A stretch of DNA of 64,000 bases from Myxococcota bacterium (GCA_965140415.1 OZ223209.1:2208001-2272000), one strand, 5' to 3'; positions 18,817-29,402 are shown, counted from the stretch's first letter. The notes: generated by a model not told the origin, from the sequence alone. Translations and numbers: made by a program.

Positions 18817-20106
18817 TTAGGCGCGTCCACGCATCCTGGCAGCATGGGCGACCCTTTCGATGGCGATCATGTAAGCTGCATCTCGCATGTACACGTTGCG
18901 CTTGTCCACCAGATCAGCCATGGCGTTGAAGGCATTGGTGATTTTCGTGTCCAGCTTTTGCAGCACTTCCTCTTTCTCCCAGAAATAATTCATGTTGTCC
19001 TGCACCTGTTCGAAGTAGGAGCAGGTGACACCGCCGGAATTGCAGAGGAAGTCGGGAATGACGTAGATGCCGCGTTCGTGCATTACCTCGTCCGCCTCGG
19101 GAGTGGAGGGGCCATTTGCACCTTCTGCGACGATCTTGACTTTGGACTGGATGTGCTGCACGGATTCGGCGTTGATCTGGTTTTCCAGCGCACATGGAAC
19201 CAGAATATCCACATCCTGCTTGATCCAGTCTTCGCCGGGAAGGATTTCGTAACCGGCAGCCTGTGCCTGCTCTTTGTCGATGGCGCCGAAGCGGTCGGTG
19301 ATGCTCATCAAAAAGTCAGGGTCCACACCGCTTTCTTTGCGATAGGTATAGGAGACGTTGTCTTTGCCATCCCAACAGGAAACGCAGATAACGGTGCCAC
19401 CGTATTCGATGAACAGCTTGGCGGCATATTGCGCGACATTGCCGAAGCCCTGGAAAGCGGCGGTCATCTGCTTGATATCCAACCCTTTGCGCTTAAGCGC
19501 CTCGCGTACGCAGTACATGACGCCGTATCCGGTGGCTTCCGTGCGTCCGAGCGAGCCGCCCAGGCCGACCGGCTTTCCAGTAATGAAGCCGGGATAGTAT
19601 CCGCCTGCCAGCGCATTGTATTCGTCCATCATCCAAAGCATATGCTGAGCATTGGTCATGACGTCCGGAGCGGGAACGTCCTGCACCGGGCCGACCTGCT
19701 TGAAGACCTGGCGCACCCAGCCGCGGCAGATCTGTTCCTGTTCGCGCATGGACAGTTCGCGCGGATCGCAGATGACGCCGCCTTTGCCGCCGCCGAGAGG
19801 GATATCGACCACGGCGCACTTCCAGGTCATCCAGGTCGCCAGTGCGCGCACCGTATCGGCGGTTTCCTGCGGATGGAAGCGGATGCCTCCTTTGCAGGGG
19901 CCGCGCATGTCGTTGTGCTGCACGCGGAAACCGCGAAACACACGCACCGAACCGTTATCCATGCGGACCGGAATGGTGAAATGAAATTCACGCATGGGCC
20001 AGCGGAGAAACTCTTTTACTCCGTCTTCCAACCCGAGTTTGTTGGCGACTTGGTCAAATTGAGCCTGTGCCATTTGGAACGCATTGAAATCCTTGGACAT
20101 ATTCAT
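18817..20106 (-). CDS. gdhA: Glu/Leu/Phe/Val dehydrogenase, glutamate dehydrogenase type
   Basis: GPCKGGIRFHP, GGGKGG, DVPAPDV, TGKP, RTEATGYG, QGFGNVA, EGANGP. Confidence 0.93.
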   Translation of the reverse strand: MNMSKDFNAFQMAQAQFDQVANKLGLEDGVKEFLRWPMREFHFTIPVRMDNGSVRVFRGFRVQHNDMRGPCKGGIRFHPQETADTVRALATWMTWKCAVVDIPLGGGKGGVICDPRELSMREQEQICRGWVRQVFKQVGPVQDVPAPDVMTNAQHMLWMMDEYNALAGGYYPGFITGKPVGLGGSLGRTEATGYGVMYCVREALKRKGLDIKQMTAAFQGFGNVAQYAAKLFIEYGGTVICVSCWDGKDNVSYTYRKESGVDPDFLMSITDRFGAIDKEQAQAAGYEILPGEDWIKQDVDILVPCALENQINAESVQHIQSKVKIVAEGANGPSTPEADEVMHERGIYVIPDFLCNSGGVTCSYFEQVQDNMNYFWEKEEVLQKLDTKITNAFNAMADLVDKRNVYMRDAAYMIAIERVAHAARMRGRA

Positions 20107-20174
20107 CTCCTGCTACAAATCTCTCGTTGAAGATCGCATGTACGGCCTCAAATCCGAGGCCAGGGGGGTCTGTG

Positions 20175-20510
20175 TCAGCAGTATTCCTCACAGTACCAGA
20201 CGCCTGCGGGCGGTTTGGGAAGGGCGCATTGACTACGCATTTCGCAATTCAAGCACAAACCCAAGACGTGTACGTCTTGCTTCTGTGTGTTGTTCTCGGC
20301 AGTAGTGATTGGGCTGGTTTCCGTTTCTTTGCAGGTCGAACATTCGTAGAGTTCGCACTCCCAAACGGGAGCATCGCTCTCTGCGCAGATACAGCAGTTT
20401 TCTTGCTGGTTGCAGTTGGAACAGAGTCCCATCGTTGCTTGGCGCAGTGTGGAATCGCCGTGTCGAGTTGGGATGCTGCTTGGTAGTGTTTGTTGAACTT
20501 GTGTGGACAT
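20175..20510 (-). CDS. Small Cys-rich protein with two internal repeats
   Basis: RBS AAGGAG; GLCSNC-x5-C..PVWECELYE and GLCLNC-x5-C..GVWYCEEY. Confidence 0.7.
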   Translation of the reverse strand: MSTQVQQTLPSSIPTRHGDSTLRQATMGLCSNCNQQENCCICAESDAPVWECELYECSTCKETETSPITTAENNTQKQDVHVLGLCLNCEMRSQCALPKPPAGVWYCEEYC

Positions 20511-20606
20511 CTCTTTCTCCTTTGTGCGTCATGCACCTTTGGCGCTTTCCGTTCTCATCCCGCGAATTCCTGCTTCGATGAATTCGCGCCAGACGGTTTG
20601 TACTTG

Positions 20607-20622
20607 AGCAAGGGCCGTGCCA
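20607..20622 (-). promoter_or_regulatory. Sigma-54 (-24/-12) promoter
   Basis: Minus strand TGGCACG-GCCC-TTGCT, exact match to TGGCACG-N4-TTGCW. Confidence 0.85.
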
Positions 20623-20672
20623 GGATGAAATCCGGCAATGGCATGAACTAGAAAGATTTCAAAAAAGTCTGT

Positions 20673-20685
20673 TAACCTTATGATA
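20673..20685 (-). promoter_or_regulatory. Possible IHF site
   Basis: TATCATAAGGTTA, one mismatch to WATCARN4TTR, in an AT-rich tract between promoter and putative enhancer. Confidence 0.3.
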
Positions 20686-20767
20686 ATAAACAAGAAATAG
20701 TCATGTTTTCTTTCTGCGGTAGATTGTCATTCCAGATTTGTGAGAAAGAGAAGGATGGGCTGAAAGT

Positions 20768-20802
20768 GGGGAGAAACTCCCCGGTGATGTGAAACTCCCC
20801 GG
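20768..20802. promoter_or_regulatory. Putative upstream activator sequence
   Basis: Palindrome GGGGAG-AAA-CTCCCC; direct repeat GAAACTCCCCGG at 20773 and 20791; about 150-180 bp upstream of the sigma-54 promoter. Confidence 0.5.
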
Positions 20803-20987
20803 ATATTCTACCCGGCTTGGCCATCGTGAGGTGGTTGCCGCTTCTGGATTGCAGGTTTGGAAGGTCGTGCAATCAGGGTATAATTACATTTCTGATATGA
20901 GATTGAATGTGGTTGGTGTGGATTGGCAGAGACTTTGCTTTACTGTAGAAATGGGGAAGTGTTGTTTCGTATCGCCGTGGAGGAAAA

Positions 20988-23936
20988 ATGCTGGATCAGG
21001 ATATTCTGAATTATCGCTTTAACAGCTACCGCAATCTGATGTCGCACCGCATTCGCAATATCCTATTGGTAAGCAGCGTCTATGATGCTTACATTCTGGA
21101 AGAAGACGGCAGCTTGGAGGAATTGATCTGGCAGCAGTATATGGAGCGTGGACTGTCGGAAGCTCCAAGCATTACCAAAGTCACCGATCCGGAACGCGCC
21201 CTGGAAATATTAAGGACGGAGCCGGTCGATCTATTGTTTACCATGACTCAAATGGACGACGAGCAGGCGGTGATGCTGGCGGAGCAGGCCAAAGCGATCA
21301 GACCCGATCTGCCGGTCATTCTACTGGCCGGAGATACGGTTTCCTTATCCAGTATACCTCCCGATATTCGAAACCGGGGAGTCGATCGAGTGTTTCTCTG
21401 GCAGAACGATCCCTCCCTGCTGCTGGCGATCATCAAATATGTCGAGGATAAAGAAAATGCGGATCGGGATACGCAGGAGGCCGGTGTACGTGTGATTTTA
21501 CTGGTGGAAGATTCCATCGAGCATTACTCCTCCTTTTTACCTGCCATGTACACCGTTATCATGAAGTTGACCCGTCAATTGATCGATGAGGGGTTGAATC
21601 ACCTGCACAGGCAATTGCGGATGCGTTCGCGTGTGAAAATTTTGTTGGCGGAAAGCTATGAGGATGCCGTTCAGATCAGTCGCAGATACAGTAAATATCT
21701 GTTGGGTGTCATTACCGATGTGCGTTTCTGGCAGGATGGGAAAATCAATCGGGAGGCGGGTTTCGATCTGGTGCGTTTGTTGCGAAATGAATTGCCAGAG
21801 CTTCCCATTTGTATTCAATCGGCGGAACCGGAAAAGGTCCGGGCGGTAGCAGATGAGTTGCAGACCTTTTTCATCGATAAGAATTCGGTGTCTCCTATTG
21901 GAGATCTGAAGAAATTCCTAACCGAGTTTATGGGGTTTGGTGATTTCGTATTCAGAAATGAAGATGGAAGTGAACTGGCGCGGGTGGGAACGGTGAGGGA
22001 AATGCTGGATGTCCTACCATCCATCCCGATTGAGTCCATCGCCTATCATGGGTGTCATCAGGATTTTTCGCATTGGATGATGGCGCGTACGGAAGTGACG
22101 ATTGCTGAGAAACTACAGCCGCATCATCCGGAGGATTTTGAAGAACCGGAAGAGATGCGAAATTTCCTGATGCAGGTGATCAAACGGGTGCTGCATGAAA
22201 AACAGTGCGATATCATCGCGCGTTTTACACGCGATAAAGATCCACATGCGATTGAGTTCATGCGACTGGGCGAAGGTTCACTTGGAGGCAAAGCGCGCGG
22301 GATCGGCTTTTTGCGGTTTTTATTGGCGCGTATCGCAGTTCGGAAGAACTTTCCGGACATCGACATCCGGGTACCTTCGACGCTTGTGATTTGTTCGGGC
22401 GAATTCGAGAGCTTTATTGAACAAAACAACCTGTTGCAAGTTGCCTTGAATAAGGACATTTCCTTTCCGGAAATTACGCAACGCTTTTTGGATGCACCCA
22501 TTCAGGAAAGTCTGAAAGATAATCTGCGAGTATATCTGGAACGAATGACGGCTCCACTAGCGGTACGATCTTCCAGCATTCTGGAAGACTCTCTTCATAT
22601 GCCGCTTGCGGGTTTATATTCGACCTACATGCTGCCCAACCGCCAGGAAAACCTGGACGAGCGTCTGGATAGTTTGTTGATGGCCATCAAGCTGGTATGG
22701 GTTTCAACATACAACAACGATCCCAAGTCCTATTTCATGCAGACAGGGCAACGTTTGAAGGATGAGCGGATGGCAGTCGTCATTCAACAGCTCGGTGGAG
22801 AAACCCACGGAAATTATTTCTACCCGACATTTTCCGGCGTGGCTCAGTCGCATAACTTCTATCCGGTTTCATACATGGAGCCGGAAGATGGTGTTGTCCA
22901 GATCGCGTTGGGATTCGGAAAGCTGGTAGTGGAAGGCGGTTCTGTCGTTCGCTTCTGTCCGCGATATCCACAGTTACTACCGCAGTTTTCTCTGTCACGG
23001 GATTGGCTGTACAGCTCGCAAAAGGATTTCTACGCGTTGGATATGAGTGTTGCCACTCACTACGATTCTCACAGCGATGACAGTAATTTGTCGTTTCTGC
23101 CGTTGTCTGTTGCGGAAGAGCACGGAGTATTGCAGCAGGTGGCTTCCGTGTACCAGGCGGATAGCGATTTGATGGTGGACAGCTTCTTTTACGATGGTCC
23201 TCGGGTCGTGACGTTCAATAAGGTTTTACGAGATGGCAAGTTGCAACTTGGAGACCTGTTGTATGAGTTGCTATCCGCCTGCGATCAGGCCATGGGGACG
23301 CCGGTGGAAGTGGAGTTCGCCGTTGATCTTAGGGGAGGGCAGCAAAAACCGATTCTATACTTACTCCAGCTTCGTCCCATGGTTGCGAAAAGCCATTGGG
23401 AGAAGATAACCATTTCTGAGGATGATCGAAAGAACGCGATCTGTTACACCAATCGAACTCATGGCAACGGCAGCTATGAAGGGATTCAGGATGTCGTATA
23501 TGTCAAACCCTCCGCGTTTCTGAAATCGAAGACCAGGGATATTGCAGCGGAAGTGGGAGAAATCAATAAAGGTTTGGTTGAGCGGAACCGACCCTATTTC
23601 CTGATCGGCTTTGGGCGATGGGGATCTTCCGATCCATGGATGGGAATCGGGGTTCGATGGTCCCAGATTTCAGGTGTGCGCGTGTTGGCCGAGGCAGGGC
23701 TGAAAGAGTTCAACGTAGATCCATCGCAGGGGTCGCATTTCTTCCAGAACGTCACCTCGTTGAATATCGGCTATCTCTCTCTTCCGTATGGGGATGAGGG
23801 GGCTTTTATCGATTGGGACTGGCTAGAGGCTCAGCCTGCTGAGACCGAAACGACCTACCTGCGGCACGTCAGGTTGGCTTCTCCATTGCGGTTGCTGATC
23901 GACGGACGCAGCGGCGAGGCGCTTGTTGCAACTTAA
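20988..23936 (+). CDS. Receiver-domain + PEP-synthase/PPDK-like nucleotide-binding domain protein
   Basis: Receiver-like N-terminus; GSLGGKARG, PLAVRSSSILED, AGLYST, MAVVIQ, SGVAQS, VEVEFA, LLQLRP; C-terminal SQGSHFF. Confidence 0.8.
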   Translation: MLDQDILNYRFNSYRNLMSHRIRNILLVSSVYDAYILEEDGSLEELIWQQYMERGLSEAPSITKVTDPERALEILRTEPVDLLFTMTQMDDEQAVMLAEQAKAIRPDLPVILLAGDTVSLSSIPPDIRNRGVDRVFLWQNDPSLLLAIIKYVEDKENADRDTQEAGVRVILLVEDSIEHYSSFLPAMYTVIMKLTRQLIDEGLNHLHRQLRMRSRVKILLAESYEDAVQISRRYSKYLLGVITDVRFWQDGKINREAGFDLVRLLRNELPELPICIQSAEPEKVRAVADELQTFFIDKNSVSPIGDLKKFLTEFMGFGDFVFRNEDGSELARVGTVREMLDVLPSIPIESIAYHGCHQDFSHWMMARTEVTIAEKLQPHHPEDFEEPEEMRNFLMQVIKRVLHEKQCDIIARFTRDKDPHAIEFMRLGEGSLGGKARGIGFLRFLLARIAVRKNFPDIDIRVPSTLVICSGEFESFIEQNNLLQVALNKDISFPEITQRFLDAPIQESLKDNLRVYLERMTAPLAVRSSSILEDSLHMPLAGLYSTYMLPNRQENLDERLDSLLMAIKLVWVSTYNNDPKSYFMQTGQRLKDERMAVVIQQLGGETHGNYFYPTFSGVAQSHNFYPVSYMEPEDGVVQIALGFGKLVVEGGSVVRFCPRYPQLLPQFSLSRDWLYSSQKDFYALDMSVATHYDSHSDDSNLSFLPLSVAEEHGVLQQVASVYQADSDLMVDSFFYDGPRVVTFNKVLRDGKLQLGDLLYELLSACDQAMGTPVEVEFAVDLRGGQQKPILYLLQLRPMVAKSHWEKITISEDDRKNAICYTNRTHGNGSYEGIQDVVYVKPSAFLKSKTRDIAAEVGEINKGLVERNRPYFLIGFGRWGSSDPWMGIGVRWSQISGVRVLAEAGLKEFNVDPSQGSHFFQNVTSLNIGYLSLPYGDEGAFIDWDWLEAQPAETETTYLRHVRLASPLRLLIDGRSGEALVAT

Positions 23937-23979
23937 GACAGTGCTACTTCTAAATAAGAAGCGTTGACTCCAGCTATCT

Positions 23980-26127
23980 TCAATTATTGCTGGTTGGCCA
24001 TTGCGGCGGGGTGTCTAAAATTTCATCGATTTTGGAAAGCAATTTGGACGGTCCGAAAGGCTTCTGTAGAAAACCGGCCAAATACTGGCTTTCAAGTGTG
24101 TTGGATGCGTTGGTAATATCATACCCACTGATCATCAGTACTTTCGCGGATGGATTCATTTCGCGGATTCTGCTAAACACTTCGGCTCCGTCCATATCCG
24201 GCATCGCCAGATCAAGCACGACCAACTGGATTTTGCCGTCCAGTTTTCGGTAGATTTCCAACGCATCATGTCCGTTGCCTGCCGTAATCGAAGTATATCC
24301 GGACATTCTTAAAGCACGTTCGGTCATGCGCAGAATCACCGGCTCATCATCGACAACAAGAATCGTGGGTTGCAAATCATGTGACGGTTCCTGTGAGGGA
24401 GGAACTGTGGCTTCTGTTGACTCCGATTGCTTTCGACTACTGTCTTTAACGGGTAGCCAGACCTGAATCGTTGTTCCCAGTTGCGGCTTGCTGTGGATTT
24501 TTAGAAACCCGTTATGACCACGAACGATGCCTAGTACTGCGGACATTCCTAGTCCGCGCCCTGTGAACTTGGTTGTGAAAAACGGATCGAACAGTTTCGC
24601 CTGGACCTCGCCGGACATCCCGACGCCATCGTCTTGTATTTGCAGGTAAACGTAATCGCCAGCCGGTGGATCCGGAATTCCATAGGTTTTTTCTTCCGGA
24701 ATGCTTGTTAACTGTTCGAATCCGGTTTTTAGCCGGATTTTACCCTGCTTCCCTTCGAAGGCTTCCGCCGCATTGGAAACGAGAGCTTGCACCATCTGCT
24801 GAATCTGTTCCTGCGCTCCATGGATTGAAGGAAGAGATGCTTCAAGGTCGACAATCAACTTAATGTTATCAGGGATTAGACTTTGGATTTCACCGATGTT
24901 TGCATGGATATATTCGGAAAGACGGATCGGTTCGAGCAGAATGTGGATTTTACCTGAATATGCCAGCATTTTCTGAGAGAGTAGAGCCGCTTTTCGGGCC
25001 GCACCTTCGATTTCGGTGAGATATTTTTGAATGTTCGAGTTAGCAGGAAGATCATCCATGGCCATATTGACATTTCCGATAACCCCGGTCAGCAGGTTGT
25101 TGAAGTCGTGGGCGACTCCTCCGGCCAACTGGGAAAGACTCTCCAGCCTTTTGGCTTCTTCCAGGCGAGTCTCCACTTGCTTGCGTTCTTTTTCTATTGC
25201 AATGTGTTGTGAAATGTCGTGCAGTTCGCAGTGCGTACGTTTGAAATTTCCATTCGAGTCGGTTTCGATGACGCCATTTAGAATGATATCCGCCAGGACG
25301 CCATCTTTACGGAAAAACTGATATTGGACATTCGAGATCTGGCAGCCGGATTTGATGTTTTCAAATCCTTGTTTGAACATGATTTTATGATCGTCCGGAA
25401 GAAAATCACCGAACCATTTTCCAATGACTTCCTCACGCCTATAGCCGAATTGAGTGAGCCATTTCTGATTTACTTCGAGGTAACGGCCTTCTTCATCCAG
25501 GGATTGATACCCGACCGGCAGCAACTCGTAAATCGTTCGAAAGCGTTTTTCGTTGGCTTTCAGTTTGTCCTGTACTTGTTGATGTTGATCGATTTTCCGC
25601 TTCAGCTTCAGATTCGTTTTGCCGATGGTCAAAATGGATTGCGTTATAAGGTGAAAGGTATTGCGTAGCTGTTCGATCTGCGAGCGCGGAACAACCGGTA
25701 CGGATTGTAATGTTGACAGATAGTCGCTTTCGTCAAAGTCGAATCGTTTAGCCCAAGCTTTGAAGCGGTCGAACGAGCGGTCTTCTTCTTCAATCAAGAA
25801 TGGACCGACGAAAAACATCGCAATCGGGTGGTCTTCCAACAGCAGTGGAAAAACAATATGCCAGAAATTGTTGCCGCATTTGCATAGTTCGTGGTCGTTG
25901 CCGATGGATTCGAAACGGTTATTACCATCGAAAAGCATACATTTCTTTTTGGTTTCCGGGTGTTTGTGGTGAAACTGGTCACAGAGACGGTTATATGAAG
26001 ATTCCCCTAACAGGTTATTGTCTGGGTCAACAACCAAAATCGGCACACCGCAGGAGTGTTCAAACTTATTCAGCAAATCCGAAAGCAGGGAGAGATCGAA
26101 CATATCTTGAAATGCTAAAGTCCGCAT
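23980..26127 (-). CDS. Hybrid histidine kinase with PocR-like and PAS sensors and C-terminal receiver
   Basis: N-terminal LC..FH......C...C..GN PocR-like pattern, PAS, AHDFNNLL, DPFFTTKFTGRGLG, VVDD/DLAMP/KPF. Confidence 0.9.
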   Translation of the reverse strand: MRTLAFQDMFDLSLLSDLLNKFEHSCGVPILVVDPDNNLLGESSYNRLCDQFHHKHPETKKKCMLFDGNNRFESIGNDHELCKCGNNFWHIVFPLLLEDHPIAMFFVGPFLIEEEDRSFDRFKAWAKRFDFDESDYLSTLQSVPVVPRSQIEQLRNTFHLITQSILTIGKTNLKLKRKIDQHQQVQDKLKANEKRFRTIYELLPVGYQSLDEEGRYLEVNQKWLTQFGYRREEVIGKWFGDFLPDDHKIMFKQGFENIKSGCQISNVQYQFFRKDGVLADIILNGVIETDSNGNFKRTHCELHDISQHIAIEKERKQVETRLEEAKRLESLSQLAGGVAHDFNNLLTGVIGNVNMAMDDLPANSNIQKYLTEIEGAARKAALLSQKMLAYSGKIHILLEPIRLSEYIHANIGEIQSLIPDNIKLIVDLEASLPSIHGAQEQIQQMVQALVSNAAEAFEGKQGKIRLKTGFEQLTSIPEEKTYGIPDPPAGDYVYLQIQDDGVGMSGEVQAKLFDPFFTTKFTGRGLGMSAVLGIVRGHNGFLKIHSKPQLGTTIQVWLPVKDSSRKQSESTEATVPPSQEPSHDLQPTILVVDDEPVILRMTERALRMSGYTSITAGNGHDALEIYRKLDGKIQLVVLDLAMPDMDGAEVFSRIREMNPSAKVLMISGYDITNASNTLESQYLAGFLQKPFGPSKLLSKIDEILDTPPQWPTSNN

Positions 26128-26372
26128 GTACTGTCACCACTTTTAACTAGGTTGAGAAACGGGATCGGATCTTCGATGTGTTTTCTTTAGACTGGTTCAA
26201 TTCCTCCTGTATCTAGTATTCGTTCAATGAAAGTGAACGATTTCTATTGTTTGCACAAAATTTCCAATGATTATACACAATATATGGAATTTACTCTACT
26301 GTAAAAGGACAAGCGTTGTCCGAATGTGAGCGGTGGACTCAATTGCAAGTAAGGCGTCAAGCCATAGCTGTT

Positions 26373-27923
26373 TTAGCCATTTTCTACACGAAATCGTGTT
26401 TTAGTGGCGATGCTTGCCGCGACCATGCCGGAAATCAGGCAGGGAGCGACTCCCGCTCCAAAGACACCGCTTCCCGCTAGATAGAGCCCCTTGATTGGAG
26501 TTGTCGGCATAAAGCGGAAAGGTGGCATTTGATCGGGCGTTTGGGCAGGACCGTAGGTGCCACCTTGAACGGCGCGAACGTAATATGTATTGGTGATCGG
26601 CGTACTGAATTCTTTTACTTCAAAATCTCCCAATACACCCGGCCAGCGCTTGTCTACGGTTTCCAATAGCTGTTCGCCGATCTTCTGCTTGAATTCCTTG
26701 TAGTCTTCTCCACGCTTGTTGGCGGGTAAATGCTCCCATTTTCTAAAGGGAGCATAGGGAACGAAGGTGGAAAGTTCCACCGTGGAACCACCTTCCGGTG
26801 CCATGCTGCCGGAATCGTCCTTTAAAGAATTGGGAGACAGGAAAAAGCTCATGTCCCGAGGAATCAGTCCATTTTGTACTTCCCGGTAGTCTGCTTCGAT
26901 ATCATAGCTGGCATAGTCCCAGATATTGCAGGCGCTTAAGCCATGCTCCCGCAAATCCCGCTTCATTCCAAGATAGGCGGTGAACATACCTAGTGACGGT
27001 TTCAGGCGCTTGATTTTACGCTGTAGCCGTCCCGGTAAGCGATGATCCCGCAGCAAGTGCCCGAAAGTATGGGAGGGTTCGATGGCGGAGACGACAACGT
27101 CCGCTTCGAATCGCTCGCCATTTTCCAATTCCACACCGGTCACTTTGCCATTGGTGACCAGGACTTTTTCAACGGAAGTTTTCGTTTGGAAAACGGCACC
27201 GGCAGAGGTGGCTTTTTCCATAATCGTATCGCGCAGACGTCCGCTGCCACCACGGGGGAAGAAAGCGCCATCGCCGTAGTGCATCATCATACCAATGCCG
27301 ATCAATGCTGCCGCTTGTGACGGCGGCAGGCCGTAATCGCCGCAGGTGCCGGATAGGATCGCTCGCAAGGCCGGATCGGGTATCAGGTTATTCAATAAAT
27401 GGCCGTAGGTTTTTCGTAAGTATCGGATCACCGGCACGATGCTTTTAATACTCTTCAGGTCTTTCAGGCGTGGGCCGCGCATCGAAATTGCCGTGATGCG
27501 GCTGGAACCTTCTTTGATATCGTTGACCAGGTTGAAATATCGTTGCAAGGGACGAGCTTGAGCGGGGAACAAGTCCGTAAGTCGTTGCTGGTAGCGATCC
27601 AGACCGCGACACATTTTTGCGGAGTGGTTGGGAAAGCGGTACAAGTCAAAGCCGTCCGGGTCCAATTCACAGAAAATCTGTTGCATGTCCAGGCCCAGGG
27701 GAGCCAGCGCAGAGTGGATTGTTTGACCGGGGTTGACTTCGCCGACGTAATGAACGCCGGGATCGAAATGGTAGCCCTTGCGCACGAAGGGATTCAGGTA
27801 GCCTCCGACGTGCATTGCTTGTTCCAATGCGAGCGTCTCATAGCCGGCTTTCGATAAATAGGCAGCGGCAGTAAGACCGCCTGCGCCTGTGCCGATAACG
27901 ATTGCTTTCTTTTCACGTGCCAT
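26373..27923 (-). CDS. Phytoene desaturase/retinol saturase family FAD oxidoreductase
   Basis: IVIGTGAGGL, GYHFDPGVHY, PRGGS, STPIT, TPIKGLYLAG. Confidence 0.85.
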   Translation of the reverse strand: MAREKKAIVIGTGAGGLTAAAYLSKAGYETLALEQAMHVGGYLNPFVRKGYHFDPGVHYVGEVNPGQTIHSALAPLGLDMQQIFCELDPDGFDLYRFPNHSAKMCRGLDRYQQRLTDLFPAQARPLQRYFNLVNDIKEGSSRITAISMRGPRLKDLKSIKSIVPVIRYLRKTYGHLLNNLIPDPALRAILSGTCGDYGLPPSQAAALIGIGMMMHYGDGAFFPRGGSGRLRDTIMEKATSAGAVFQTKTSVEKVLVTNGKVTGVELENGERFEADVVVSAIEPSHTFGHLLRDHRLPGRLQRKIKRLKPSLGMFTAYLGMKRDLREHGLSACNIWDYASYDIEADYREVQNGLIPRDMSFFLSPNSLKDDSGSMAPEGGSTVELSTFVPYAPFRKWEHLPANKRGEDYKEFKQKIGEQLLETVDKRWPGVLGDFEVKEFSTPITNTYYVRAVQGGTYGPAQTPDQMPPFRFMPTTPIKGLYLAGSGVFGAGVAPCLISGMVAASIATKTRFRVENG

Positions 27924-28187
27924 GCGAGCCCCGCTTTCTTTACCAAAAGCCTAAGCGATGTCTGGATTCATGCGTCCAGTTTACACAAAACGAAAATTAT
28001 TGCTATCCATTGATGGATTGAACCGGAAGGATCGCCAGTTGTGTGTGCTTCTGGGGCCGTGTTCGTCGTTTCAGGTATTCTCTTGCCTGCGATGGATTTC
28101 TTTCATTTTCCGTCGTATTTATGCTAACAGAGATGTCGTTTGGTAAAACTTACTTCCGTTATATGGCTTGAAACAAGGAGTATTTCC

Positions 28188-29402
28188 GTGATTCCCGTTG
28201 CTCATCATTCACAATACTTTGTTCCAGAGTCCGATATCCACGCTCGTATCGACGGTGTTCAAAAAATTCTGCAAAATCAAGATGTTGCGGTTGCATGGGT
28301 CGAGCATAACGCCGATTTGCATTATTTCACAGGATCGGTGCAAAGCGGGTTACTGGTGATCCCGGTACAAGGCGATCCCTTGTATTTCGTTCGAAAAAGT
28401 ATAAAGCGCGCCAAGGTGGAATCCCCTCTGGATGTGCAGGCCTATCCCGGTACGAAAGCGATATTGCAGGCGGTCCGTGATCTTGTGAAAGGGCGCTCGG
28501 AAAAGCTGGCATTGTCCTTCGATGTGACACCTTCCTCCCGTTATGTCATGTTGCAGAAGCAACTGGCCGGTTTTGAATTGCTGGATCTGAGCCGGACGAT
28601 TCGCCTGTTGCGGGCGGTCAAATCCGATTGGGAAATTCAACAGATACAAGCGGCAGCAAGGCAGGCTGAAGCGATTTTCGAACAACTGCCGGAGTTTGCG
28701 CATGTGGGTCAGACCGAACTTGAACTGCAAATCGAGATCGAACGGCGCTTGCGATTGAGCGGTCATGCCGGGACGCTTCGTTTGCGTCGCCCCGGTCAGG
28801 AATTAGCGATACTGATGGCTGCCAGTGGCGAGAGCGCCTGCTATCCAACGAACTTCGACGGTCCCGTGGGAGGACATGCTCAATACCCTTCCGTTCCGGC
28901 CAGCGCTGGAACTCGTCACATTCGGGAGGGAGAGACCCTGATTGTGGATATTGTCAGTTCCTTCAACGGATATCTGTCAGACAATGCCCGAAGCTTCTAT
29001 TTTGGCTCGAATCCGCCGGATGCGGTTCTGCAAGCTCATGAGTTTTGCATGGAGTGCTTATCTCGCATCGAAACCCAGCTTCGCCCCGGTACGAATTGCC
29101 AGCAACTGTATCAGCAGATCGATGCATGGGCCAAAGAACAGGGCGAACCGGAAGGTTTTATGGGGTATGAGGAGAACCGGGTGTCGTTCTTTGCCCACGG
29201 AATCGGACAGGAATTGGACGAATGGCCCGTAATCGCCAATCGGTTTGACATGACCCTACAGTCCGGGATGGTGCTTGCCGTTGAACCGAAGGCATTTCTT
29301 TCTTCAGTCGGTGCGGTCGGTTTGGAGAACACCTATCTGGTCTCAGCGGATGGAGGACGCAGTTTCTGTTCCAGCAATCGGAAACTTCGCTGTCTTGATT
29401 AG
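28188..29402 (+). CDS. Xaa-Pro peptidase family (M24B) metallopeptidase
   Basis: RBS AAGGAG + GTG 28188; LRAVKS, metal ligands VD..GYLSD, HGIG, AVEP, GLEN. Confidence 0.85.
   Translation: MIPVAHHSQYFVPESDIHARIDGVQKILQNQDVAVAWVEHNADLHYFTGSVQSGLLVIPVQGDPLYFVRKSIKRAKVESPLDVQAYPGTKAILQAVRDLVKGRSEKLALSFDVTPSSRYVMLQKQLAGFELLDLSRTIRLLRAVKSDWEIQQIQAAARQAEAIFEQLPEFAHVGQTELELQIEIERRLRLSGHAGTLRLRRPGQELAILMAASGESACYPTNFDGPVGGHAQYPSVPASAGTRHIREGETLIVDIVSSFNGYLSDNARSFYFGSNPPDAVLQAHEFCMECLSRIETQLRPGTNCQQLYQQIDAWAKEQGEPEGFMGYEENRVSFFAHGIGQELDEWPVIANRFDMTLQSGMVLAVEPKAFLSSVGAVGLENTYLVSADGGRSFCSSNRKLRCLD

Noticed and set aside
18844-20130. 428-aa ORF antisense to gdh
   Set aside because: Codon-aligned mirror of a strongly biased gene; no recognisable product
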